NCBI GenBank assembly: GCA_043228905.1
Contig: JBHGNT010000018.1
Location: forward strand, 4,340,001 to 4,404,000
DNA length: 64,000 bases
Direction of reading: 5' to 3'
Source: Azolla caroliniana
Taxonomy: Eukaryota > Plantae > Polypodiophyta
Below the pieces are notes generated by a model. It was not told where the DNA came from. It saw only the letters and a list, made by a program, of their open reading frames with translations, and searched no databases. Each line of letters opens with the position of its first letter. Position 1 is the first letter of the stretch. Both the position numbers and the translations under genes were made by a program. Shown one piece after another: positions 1-10,290 of this stretch.

Positions 1-1014
1 CGAAGCGTTTCGATGCTATTGTAGCCGTCGTCGATCGATATACTAAGATGGCACATTTTGTGCCTTGTACTAAGGCCATCATTAGTGAGGAAACCGCAAC
101 CCTTGTCATGCGTGAGGTATTTCGACATCATGGCCTCCCAGACAGTATCATCTGTGATCGAGGACCTTAATTCATCTCCAAATTTTGGAAGCATCTCTTC
201 AAGATGCTCAAGGAATCTTGCAACCTCTCCTCTGGCTACCATCCCCAAAACGATGGGCAAGCGGAACGAACAAATCAAACACTGGAACAATATCTTCGGT
301 GTTATCTGAGTTATCAACAGGACGATTGGGTTGATATTCTCCACTTTGTGGAGTTTGCGTATAAAAACACTATTCACTCCTCGACTCGGGTCTCACCATT
401 TTATGCTTATACCGGTTCTCATCCTTGCTGGTATGTGATCGACATTCCGGAGCTACCTACCAATCCTCGTGCCGAGGATCATCTGGAGAGGCTACGCAAG
501 ATTCAGACGGATCTATCTACTCATCTTCGTCATGCTCAACACACTCAGAAGACTTATGCAGATCGTCATCGGCTTCCCTCCTCTTTTGCCATCGGGGATC
601 GAGTATGGCTCTTACGTCGTCACATCAAGTCAACTCGACCGCGCGACAAATTGGATTATTGACAACTCTGTCCTTTCCGTAATACCGGCAAGATTAACGA
701 TGTCACCTTCCGCCTTGATCTTCCATACTTCTCTTCTTGAACCTTATTAGGCCAATACTATTCCCGATCATGTTACACCACCTCCGCCCCCGCTTGAGTT
801 GGACACCGGCCCGGAGTATGAAGTTGTTGCTGTCCTCGACTCCAAGTTTGTTCACAACAAACTTTATTATTTGGTTGATTGGCTCAGCTATAGTCCGAGC
901 GAACGTACTTGGGAACCCATCGAGCATGTCGCCAATGCTCAGGATCTTCTTGCTCATTTCCATTGAAAGTATCTGGACAAACTCGGTCCACAATCAGTGT
1001 TGACTCGTGGTCTT
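1..1014 (+). pseudogene. Ty3/gypsy chromovirus (Tcn1-like) integrase core, GPY/F region and chromodomain, frameshifted
   Basis: ORF 204-662 has HPQNDGQAERTNQTLEQYLRCY. About 815-965 translates to EYEVVAVLDSK...YYLVDW..Y...ERTWEP (chromodomain). PPT aagggggggatag at 1015-1027. Confidence 0.9.
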
Positions 1015-1027
1015 AAGGGGGGGATAG

Positions 1028-1432
1028 TGTTATGATATGGCAAGACTCGAACCCATAACCTTATGTTATATGGGTCGAGCTCTTGATCATTACATTATCT
1101 ATTGTAATACGTAGGATATTATTTTCATTTAAGTTTTACTATAGAAAATTATCTTATTTTCCAGATTTCTCTAGAACATTCTACAAACTTCAGGACTATT
1201 CCTGAGAACACTATAAAAAGAGGCACAAGGCATTATTTCAAACCAAATTGGTTCAACGCCAGTCTTAAGCCTCATAGTTATTTTTTACTTACTCTACACA
1301 TAATATATCATCTGTTATCATCATCCTCTCTCTCTCTCTCTTGTGAGTCTTACGCAGTCCATCCTCTTAGTACTAATAGTACTTACCTTCTCTAGTACTA
1401 ATTCTGTCTCTGTTTTAGTACTATTCCTGATA
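1028..1432 (+). repeat. 3' LTR of the Tcn1-like chromovirus
   Basis: Starts TGTTATG right after the PPT, has TATA ctataaaaag near 1211, and ends near cctgata where copia RNase H coding (VSDLTMIYCDN) resumes. Confidence 0.7.
1033..1103 (-). promoter_or_regulatory. tRNA-like A-box/B-box module, antisense, at the 5' end of the chromovirus LTR
   Basis: Minus strand reads TAATGTAATGATCAAGAG...AAGGTTATGGGTTCGAGTCTTGCC, with tRNA-like spacing of the A and B boxes. Confidence 0.55.
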
Positions 1433-1956
1433 GGTGTCTGATCTGACGATGATCTATTGCGACAACGTCAATAGCATCCAGTTGGAAAATGTTGAGCGGC
1501 AAGCTCAACCGGATTCGGATCGGCTGAATAAGCCTGAGTTGGATCGACATCCAGAAGGATGAAGCCGGATCGGTGAGACGGATCGGACGGATCGGCGAGC
1601 CGGTGAGCAAGTCAGCCGGTGAGCCGGGGAGCCGGTTAGCTGGAACAAACAGTAACCAGAAGCCTAGTAGTCGCCTAGACTACTAGGTAGTTAATAGTCT
1701 CGTAGTTAGTGTCAGACGCTCGAGTGAGCCTTGAAGTACACAGTACTTTTGTTAGTTCCATGAGGACTTGTATAAATAGTGCTATTGAGCACGTTGTATG
1801 TACAGAGTGTTGATATAATTTTTGAATTTAGATTCTTGTTCTGCTCTCTCTGTCTCTCCCAAGGACTCTCTGTATTCTGTGTATTATTCTCTCTCTCTCT
1901 CTCTATTGCTACGCAGCCAAGCTGTTGTCTTACGCTTCCACACATACGTTTTCACA

Positions 1957-1968
1957 TGGTATTAGAGC
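1957..1968 (+). promoter_or_regulatory. Primer binding site (tRNA-Met-i) of copia A
   Basis: TGGTATTAGAGC directly after the LTR end, one mismatch to TGGTATCAGAGC. Confidence 0.9.
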
Positions 1969-2058
1969 GTGAGGGTTGAAGAACTCTGCAACAGACATTT
2001 GCTTTCACAAGACAAACCCTACAGGTTGCGAGAACAGAACAGTAGACAGAGAAAAAAT

Positions 2059-3259
2059 ATGGACAAAGGTATGGTGAGTTCACTTCCTACAGAGACGCTC
2101 GACCGGAGCAACTATGCGTCTTGGTCATACAAAATGCACCAGTACCTATTGAGGCATGGGTATTGGAGTTTTGTGGAATGAATGAATGAGGTAGCACCAT
2201 CGCCTGCACACAAGGACTTTCCGGTATGGGAGCAAGGAGCGAGCCGAGTATTATACTACCTCGTGTCTTGTGTGCACGACCAAATGCTCGACTACATCAG
2301 GGCTGCAAAGACGCCAAAGGAGGCCTGGGAAAATCTGCGTAAGATTTTCACCGCAAGTACCACAGCCCGTAAGTTGTAGCTCTGGCAAGAGCTGAACAAC
2401 ATCCGACAAAGAGATATGTCAGTTACGGACTACACCACCAAAATAAAGGAGATTTGCGACGCGCTCAGGTTCATCAACGTGATGGTGGACGAAGACGAAA
2501 TGGTACAAATCTACCTTGGTGGTCTAGCGCAAAGGTACAGGCCAATCCGGACAGTGATCTGCACCCGGGAGAAACCACCAACCTTCTTCGACTTGCAATT
2601 GATGCTGATGGTCGAAGAAAACCACGCGAGTGGGTCCAGGACCACTCAATCAGACAACCGGATGTTGTACACGGAGGCGGATAGGCCCCGTGTGTGTGGG
2701 GGACGAGGTGGGTCGGCATGCATTGGAGGCGGCCGACAAGAGTAGGAAAGAAGGCACAGAGAACGTGCCAACAACAGTTCCGGGATTTCCACAAGGGGGA
2801 GTCAAGGCGTCGCCGGAGGCCGGCAAGACAAATCCGCCATGGAATGCTGGTACTGTGGCAAAAGGGCCACAGAGAAAGTGAGTGCTAGAAGAGGTGCGCT
2901 GATTCGGATAGATCTGGATCCGACAAAACCGGTCAGGAGAACCGGCAAAGCTCGCACTACGCGCAAGGATCGAAAGGATACGGAACCGGGAAGACCGGTA
3001 AGGAGCTAGCCTTGGTGATGAAGCACGAGCCAAATTCGATGAAGAAGACCACTTCAAAATCGGAGGAAGTATGGTATGTTGATTCCAGTGCGTCGAATCA
3101 CATGACGAGCCACAAAGAGTGGTTCTCCATCTTGGAGAAACCGGAACAACCGGGGGTCGTCCAAACCGGAGACGACACTTCTCACCCAATCGTGCATGTC
3201 GGAGAAGTCCCTTTGAGCCACGTCGAACAGAGGGGGAAGCTGATGAATGTATTACATGT
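2059..3259 (+). pseudogene. Copia A gag and protease N-terminal part (stops, frameshifts)
   Basis: LDRSNYASWSYKM (copia gag), CWYCGK.GH.ESEC zinc knuckle near 2845-2885, WYVDSSASNHMT protease motif near 3070-3106; interrupted by element B. Confidence 0.9.
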
Positions 3260-4305
3260 TGTCGCGAAGTTTCGCGTTCGCGTGTAGGAAGAGGCGGAAC
3301 CACGGGGGCCTTGGACCAAGGAGAGAGTGTGAGAGAGAGAGTTGCAGATACACAGAAAGAAAATAAGAGCAAGAAACATGAATCCAATTACTATAATCAA
3401 TAGCTTACAACTCGAACAGTTACAACCGGCAAACCGGTAATGGACCTAACACGGGGTCCTACTCACGCACACAGACGACAACCACTCGACTCGAAGAAAC
3501 AAAAAGGGGGGGGGGGGGGGGGGAGAGAGAGCCTCTATTGGAAGCACACGGGTTGTCCACGAAGCAGAGGCAGCGAACTCTCGACACCCATAGAGAACGA
3601 TGATCGGAGGAGAGAGAGCTCGACCCTCGGTTCTGCAGCAGCACTTCGTCCTCGCCAACACGCGATCCCTTTTCTTCCTTCTCTCCCTCCATAAGTAGTT
3701 CGCCAAGGGGAGACCCTCCTTCCCTAGTCAAATCGCTTTATTCCTTGTCCCTTTCGACAGAGCTACGCACAAATCCCCTAATAAATGTGTACTACCTAGT
3801 ATTTTCATCAGCTGACCTAATTATGAATTATGCACAAAATATCAATTCTCGCGTTGTCGCGAAGATTCGCGTGTGCGTGTGCTACTCGAGCGACCACCGG
3901 GGTCTTGGACTGGGGAGGATGTTTGTAGAATTATTGAAGAGATGACGATCATTGTAAGATTAGATGAAATTGGTTTACTTGAGAAAAAGAAAGATTGTAC
4001 ACTTGAGAAGTAGAAAAATATGAAGAAGATAAAGACAAATATAATTATATTGATGATAATGGTGTTGGTGATATCACATATTGAGCCCCCCTTACACAAG
4101 CCCAACTAGAAGCTTTTATAGGTCTTTCCATGCTTGTGACATGCACAAAACCATGGGCTAAAACCATGGTTTTGTGCACACGGTTTTGCTTATGTCATGC
4201 ACAAACCATGGGTTTAGAACCATGGTTTTGTGCACATGGTTTTCTAATGGTTGTTTCATCTATAATTCATATATGGAAAGTAAATACATAAAATCTACAC
4301 TATAT

Positions 4306-4376
4306 GATAGTTGTCCTAGTGGTAAGGCAATTATCTTGTATCTTAGAGATGCAATGTTCAAACCTTGCTTGCACCC
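4306..4376 (+). promoter_or_regulatory. tRNA-like A/B-box module in the U3 of element C 3' LTR
   Basis: GTCCTAGTGGTAAGGC ... GCAATGTTCAAACCTTGC; a better-preserved copy is at 7216-7287. Confidence 0.6.
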
Positions 4377-4713
4377 CTCTGTATGAACTCAAGTGCCACT
4401 AGGCCTTAGGAGGCTTATTTGCTAAGTGTATGTGCAATGTTGCACATCCTTGGTTTATTCGTGTCACTCAGTTTCACACCGTAGCCGAAAATCGTCACAA
4501 CATCCACCCCCACCAAACCCGCACATCCTCCAGTATGTGCCAAGAAAGGTGAAGAGGTGAGATCTTTGGTAACGGTGATCAACCGAGTTCCTCCGCACGC
4601 TCGTCGACCTTGTCTGACTTCGTCTTCCACTTCGAGTATGCCCAATCTTTCCAACTGAACCACCGTAGCCACCCGATCCACCATATTCGGCGCTCACACC
4701 TTCTTCCCCGATG

Positions 4714-6609
4714 TCATCGATCTGACCGCTCACACCTTGTAGTAGATCTACTGAACGATGTCATCGATCCGACTGCTCTTCCTTCGTCCACCGCGTGTGT
4801 CCTTCGATTGGACTCCTGGCCACTCCTCGCGCTCACCGTCTTCAACTGGGTGTTGTGGATCGTTCGTGTTGATCTCCGATTATGCCAGGTTTGCCCTTGT
4901 CCGGATCGGTCTCCGTCGATCGCTTCTTGGCTTGGTTGGCCTTCGTCTGCATTCGCATTTCGCCGAGTTGGGCTCGACCGATTGATTCTGGCCGGGTCGA
5001 CCCCCTTTTGGATCGGGATCATCCGATCGATTTCCTCCGAATCAAGTTTCGGCCGGGTCGGCCCCGGTCGATCATCTCCCATGTGGTTCTTCCTTCGTTC
5101 GGGCCAGAATCCTGGCCGGATCGTCTTTCGGTTCGACCGGTTCTCGACTCTTCCTTCCTTCCCGCATGCCGCCTTTCCTTTGAACTCAACTGCGACTTCA
5201 TCCTTGGCCTCCTCGTCGGCCACATCCTTCCCTCCGTGTATGTTTGCCTCGAGCCATATTTTCTCCTCTCTGCCACCTCCTTTATCTTCGGTCTTATGTC
5301 GACACACAGTCTCGACTGCCGAAGTCTTCAGAACCAGTGTGAAGGAATCCCTTCGTTCATGCACATTTACCTTGTCTTCCTCATCGCCCTTCCGGTTGTC
5401 CGTTTTTCCATCCACACATTCCGTCTCTTCGGTGTCACGTTGGGGCACGTGCACAACCGCCGAAGTCTCTAGTATAGGTGTGGGGATATCCTTTCTTCCT
5501 CGATCTTCTTCCTCCTTGTGTTGGGCCTTCGTCTTCTCGTCACCACCTTCCATCTCTCCGGTCTCACGTTGGCACACGACCGCAACCGCCGAAGTCTCTG
5601 GAAGAAGTGTGGAGAAAGTCTTGACATGGCTATCTGTTGTCGACTCGTTCATAGCCACCTCCGACTCGATGTTATTTGTCATGGCTACCTCCTCAATCTC
5701 TTCAGACTCAAACACTTTATCTCCCTCGATCATGCAAGATTTTCTCATGCTTGCACCTTCATCACCTGATGTTTCGTACACAATGCGTGTTCCGAAACAT
5801 TTATCCTCCCTCGAAGTGGCGTTCGCCGTCCTCGAGTCATCGGCCTCCTCCTTGGCCGTCGTTTCTTCGTAAGACAAGAAGGTGACTTGTTTCGCACCTT
5901 CTCTCTCAGTACCGTCATACCGAACCTTAGCCTTTGTATTGGCCACTTCATTAACCCGCATTTGTTGGGAGGCCTCTTTTTCCTCGATCACCATTCGCCT
6001 CGGTTTTGTCTCCCTTTTAAGCTTCATTTCTTTTGTTGGTGTCGCGTTGTTGCACCTCGTCCCTCTTCGATCGTCCCTCATGGGCAATCTTGTTGTCGTC
6101 GATATTCTCGCTCGCCCCTTATCGTGTAGTCGGCATACACTTTCCACCTTGCTCCAATCCTCAATGAGGCCCTTGGCACCGTCATCTTCTTCGAGTTTGA
6201 GGCCAATAGCCATCCTTTCCATTCGATCGATTGACTTCACAAACATAAGGACCTTATCGACCCCCACCAATCTTTGTTCCCGCTCCGAGAGTTGAGAAAA
6301 ACGACGCTCGAAGTCTACGAATGATTGTGTCGCGCCTTGGTGGGTCTTCGCTGATGTCACCCATTGGTCGAAGTTGCGTCGATCTCGCCCCTTCAGTCTC
6401 TCATAGCCATATTCCTCCAATAGAGCCTTCTCGAAAGTAGCCCACGAATCATGAGCTTCTAGAAGCTCTTTTACGTCTTTGAAGATCGGTTGAGACACCA
6501 CCTGACAAAAGTACTCCAGCCTCATAGCTTCGTCCACACCTCTTGAATCCATCTCCGCATTGTAGACTTTAAGAAAACTTTGGACTTCAGTGCTGTTGAA
6601 ATAGCTCAC
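4714..6609 (-). CDS. Gag-derived protein of element C: capsid-like N-terminus, acidic repeats, basic tail. The original ORF probably ran ~6703 to ~4500 and now has two stops
   Basis: The N-terminal ~165 aa align by eye with the Gag of B (FLKVYNAEM...FERRFSQLS...VLMFVKSID...WSKVESVC). Repeats ILETSAV..QRETEETE. A WWIGW motif lies in frame beyond the TGA at 4714. Confidence 0.8.
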   Translation of the reverse strand: MSYFNSTEVQSFLKVYNAEMDSRGVDEAMRLEYFCQVVSQPIFKDVKELLEAHDSWATFEKALLEEYGYERLKGRDRRNFDQWVTSAKTHQGATQSFVDFERRFSQLSEREQRLVGVDKVLMFVKSIDRMERMAIGLKLEEDDGAKGLIEDWSKVESVCRLHDKGRARISTTTRLPMRDDRRGTRCNNATPTKEMKLKRETKPRRMVIEEKEASQQMRVNEVANTKAKVRYDGTEREGAKQVTFLSYEETTAKEEADDSRTANATSREDKCFGTRIVYETSGDEGASMRKSCMIEGDKVFESEEIEEVAMTNNIESEVAMNESTTDSHVKTFSTLLPETSAVAVVCQRETGEMEGGDEKTKAQHKEEEDRGRKDIPTPILETSAVVHVPQRDTEETECVDGKTDNRKGDEEDKVNVHERRDSFTLVLKTSAVETVCRHKTEDKGGGREEKIWLEANIHGGKDVADEEAKDEVAVEFKGKAACGKEGRVENRSNRKTIRPGFWPERRKNHMGDDRPGPTRPKLDSEEIDRMIPIQKGVDPARINRSSPTRRNANADEGQPSQEAIDGDRSGQGQTWHNRRSTRTIHNTQLKTVSARSGQESNRRTHAVDEGRAVGSMTSFSRSTTRCERSDR

Positions 6610-6741
6610 TTGCTCGACTACCCTATCGATGGCTTGTTGGGCTTCATTTCATCTTTTCCCTTCTCTCAGAAACTCCATCATCCTTTTTGACATTGCCTTC
6701 ATGAGATATTCACCGTCTATCTTCGTCCTCCCCTGCTACTC

Positions 6742-6759
6742 TTCACGTCGGGTTCACCA
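6742..6759 (-). promoter_or_regulatory. tRNA-Trp primer binding site (same PBS at 12439-12456, 28714-28731, 37239-37256, 48556-48573, 59117-59134)
   Basis: Plus strand TTCACGTCGGGTTCACCA matches the 3' 18 nt of plant cytosolic tRNA-Trp (from memory), 4-5 nt from the LTR. Confidence 0.9.
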
Positions 6760-7215
6760 AATGATGTCGCGAAGATTCGCGCGTGCGTGTGCTACTCAAG
6801 CAACCGCCGGGGTCTTGGACTGGGGAGGATGTTTGCAGAATTATCGAAGAGATGACGATCAATGTAAGATTAGATGAAATTGGTTTACTTGAGAAGAAGA
6901 AAGATTGTACACTTGAGAAGTAGAAAAATATGAAGAAGATAAAGACAAATATAATTATATTGATGATAATGGTGTTGGTGATATCACATATTGAGTCCCC
7001 CTTACACAAGCCCAACTAGAGGCTTTTATAGGTCTTTCCATGCTTGTGACATGCACAAAACCATGGGCTAAAACCATGGTTTTGTGCACACGGTTTTGCT
7101 TATGTCATGCACAAACCATGGGTTTAGAACCATGGTTTTGTGCACATGGTTTTATAATGGTTGTTTCATCTATAATTCATATATGAAAAGTAAATACATA
7201 AAATCTACACTATAT

Positions 7216-7287
7216 GATAGTTGTCCTAGTGGTAAGGCCTAAAATCTTGTATCTTAGAGGTGCAAGGTTCAAACCTTGCTTGCACCC
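7216..7287 (+). promoter_or_regulatory. tRNA-like A/B-box module in the U3 of element C 5' LTR
   Basis: A-box-like TGTCCTAGTGGTAAGG, AGAGGT variable loop, perfect T-arm-like hairpin GCAAGG-TTCAAA-CCTTGC. Confidence 0.7.
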
Positions 7288-7489
7288 CTCTGTATGAACT
7301 CAAGTGCCACTAGGCCTTAGGAGGCTTATTTGCTAAGTGTATGTGCAATGTTGCACATCCTTGGTTTATTCGTCTCACTCGGTTTCACACCGTAGTCGAA
7401 AATCGTCACAACAGCGTCCACCCACGTAAGAGCCGGTTCATGCGCCTTTCTCCGATTCCGCCTATGGCCGGTTTTCTTCACGACATCCA

Positions 7490-10290
7490 CCCCCACCAAA
7501 CCGCACATCCACCAGCATGCGCCAAAGATGGGTAGATACAGAGGAAAACCGGCTTCACTCATCGCTCTCTAATTCTTCGTCGGGCCCGAACCGATCGTCG
7601 TCGTCGCTCTCGCTCACCAGCTCCGGCTCGTCTTCGAACCGCTTCTTGAACGCTTTGATCCACTTCCCGGCCACTGGTACCGCTACCGTGACCCGTCGAG
7701 TTCCACGAGGTGGTACATGCCGTTGTCGTTCGCGCTCGTCACCGTGTAGGGCCCGAACCATCTCCTAGCAAACTTTTGCACCGCCTTGCGCTGATTGTCG
7801 GGGCTGTTGTCGTATACTAAGACCCAATCGCCTTCCTCGACCTCCTTTGGTCGCAACCGGTGCTTCCGGTTGAACTGGGTCTTGTTCCGCTCCCTTGCCG
7901 CCCGTAGCTTTTCCTTCGCATGTTTCATGTCCTCCGGCCTCCGCTCGAGTTGCTGAATCCGCGCCACCAGCAACTCCTCTTAGCTTATCTTGTCCTTCCA
8001 GTCTACTGCCGCCCACAAAGAAACCGTCCATTCCACCAACATTATCGGCTTCTGTCCATACATCAACTCTGCCGGCATAAACCCTGTCACCAAACTGTGC
8101 GTAGTTCGGTCCGCCCATATTGTGTAAGGAAGGAGCCACGGCCAATTCCCGATCTGCCCTCCGCATGCACGCACCAACGCCTTTACGATCGGCGCGTGCC
8201 CACGTTCTACCTTCCCGTTCACCTCCGGATTGTACGCCGTAGTGAGGGAGAGTTTGACCCCTAGCCGGTCGAACAGCTCCTCAGCTTCCTACGCATCCAG
8301 CTCTCCCCGGTTCGCCACGATCCTCCTGACGCACCCGTACCGACACACTACCTCTTCGATCATGAACTGGCATACCGTCATGGTTGTCTTGTTCTGCAGT
8401 GCACGACCTTCCACCTGGTTCGTTATGTCTTCCCGCGCAAGCACCAGGTATCACATCTGCCCTACTCCCATCGGCATCGTCACCAAGTCCACCATCCACT
8501 TGAAATGGACCGTAGGCGGGTAGGTCGGGTGTAGCTCATCCCGATGTCGGACTACGGAGTGCATCTGACAGCTTTCGCAGGTCGTTACGAACCGATGCAC
8601 GTCCCGGTACAACCCCGTCCACCAGTACTTCTCCTTCAGCTTCTCGAATGTGGCCCACGTTCCGCGGTGCCCGGCCCAGGGACTCTCGTGAAATGCCGCC
8701 AGTAATTCCTCCTCTTTTTCTTTCTTTGCCACTACTCGGAGCGGGATGCCGTTTCTTTTCTTTGGGTGCCTCCATATGCACCCGTCCCGTAGGAAGAATC
8801 GGTATGCCTTCTTCCGTACCCGGCTCGCCTCTTCTCTCGTCTACGCTACGTCCGACGTCATCGCCCGTAGGAACCTCTCGATTGGGAGCCACTCCCTGTT
8901 GTAGCTGCTTTCGTCGAATTCGTTAAGCGCCGGAGTGTCCCCTTTCCTCGTCGTCACGTTAGCCGACCCGAAGAAGTCCTCGCCGACTTCTTCGTCATCT
9001 GAAACCATGCCTTCTTTGTCGTTGAACCTCGCTCTCGAAAGCATGTCGTCCATGGCGTTATCCTTTTCGGAGATGTGCCGTATCTCCGGGTTCAGGGACT
9101 TAATGTACGCTATCCACCGGAGCATTGCTAGGTCCGACGCCGCGCATCCGGAAACCATGCCGAGTATCGGCAAGCAGTCCGTCTCGATTATTACCTCCAT
9201 CCTGATCAGGTAGTCCCTGTCAGCCTTGACTGCCGAAACGATACCCCATAGTTCGCACTTGACTTGGGAGTATCCTCGCAACCGCTCGCTCAATACCTTC
9301 GCCCCGAACCGGATTGGGAACCATGCGCCGTCCTCGTCCTCCTGGTTGATCACCCACCCGATCCTAGTTGATCACCCAGCGAAGGCCTCCGCGAACTCGT
9401 GTACGGTTGGTCCGATTCCTGCATTACGGATGGTCACCCTGTTGACAGGTTGCAGGTCTTGAATGAAGCGTAGCGTGCCGTTCTTCTTCGACACCGTAAA
9501 CCACCGACTCGAATATGGGGCACTTGACGGTTCGAGGATGCCCATCTCCACCTTTTGCTTCAGAAGCTCCATCAACTTCGGGATGTGAGCTCTCGGCACC
9601 GGAATCGGTTTGAGATTCCACGGTACATGTGGTACAGTGAAGATCACCATCGGTTCGACGATCGTCGGGTCCACGCACCCGATCTCCTCCAGCGAGAACG
9701 CAAAGGCTTTCCCATGCCTTCCGAGCATTCTCGAAAACCTATCCTCCTCCACCGGCAGTACAAAGCCACCCCCACCGACCTTGAGCTCCCGTAGCGTTAT
9801 GTCGGTGAACCGGTGCCCTATGCCAGCCGGATTCCGTAAACTTGGGTCCGACGTGACCCCTTTTATCCGCTCCTCGTTGCCCTCCGGTAAGGGTGCCGCG
9901 AGTGGCCTCACTTTCCGGTCCACAGTCTTGTACTTTATATCCATGCGGGCCGTCCGATCCGACCCGATCCTTTCCCCGAAGTCCGCGATGACTTCGTACA
10001 TTCCCATCGAACTGACCGGAACGGTCCGGTCTTCTCTAAGGTCTTCACCGATCACCTTTCGCAACTCGCCCAAGGTGTCGTCAAAAGAGACCTTCTTCAT
10101 CGGGGGAGAGGACTCCGCATCCCCTGAGCCGCTCCTCCGCTCGCTTCCTCTCCCAGTCGTTGACGTTGACTATAGTACAACCTCCGTTTTCGGAGAACCA
10201 AAACTTCCTACCTACTGTACATGTGTGGGGTTCTTCAGGTACGTCCGGACTACTGCGGCCCCACGCCTCGATAGCCCTCTCTAAAAATCC
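7490..10290 (-). pseudogene. Element B pol (RT with catalytic core deleted, RNase H, integrase)
   Basis: PYSSRWFTVSKKNGTLRFIQDLQPVN (RT N-part) is joined directly to GWVINQEDE...RFGAK (RNase H). HESPWAGHRG..C..C zinc finger, NGKVERGHAPIV, WFGPY. Confidence 0.9.
10225..10290 (-). promoter_or_regulatory. Putative -1 ribosomal frameshift signal (G_GAU_UUU + pseudoknot) of B
   Basis: Heptamer 10290-10284 sits just before the gag-PR stop; 6-nt spacer; 12-bp stem (2 mismatches); loop GUGGGG can pair with downstream CCCCAC. Confidence 0.7.

Larger units (their letters stand above)
3855..7413 (-). mobile_element. Non-autonomous gag-only LTR element C (LTRs 3855-4502 and 6765-7413), inserted in the 3' LTR of B
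   Basis: ~650-bp LTR pair; perfect 4-bp TSD GCGT, with the empty site visible in the other B LTR near 13054; tRNA-Trp PBS 6742-6759; PPT at 4503-4513; no pol motifs. Confidence 0.95.

Noticed and set aside
4610-5872. 420-aa plus-strand ORF, and similar antisense ORFs at 9610-10284, 11548-12201 and 36312-36902
   Set aside because: These are Ser/Phe-rich shadows of the minus-strand TE ORFs, with no motifs of their own.
6742-6759. tRNA-Trp 3' fragments as tRNA genes or att sites
   Set aside because: Each is only 18 nt including CCA and lies 4-5 nt from an LTR, so they are primer binding sites.
7216-7287. Calling the LTR modules functional tRNA genes
   Set aside because: Acceptor and anticodon stems do not pair; only the A/B boxes, their spacing and sometimes the T arm remain.
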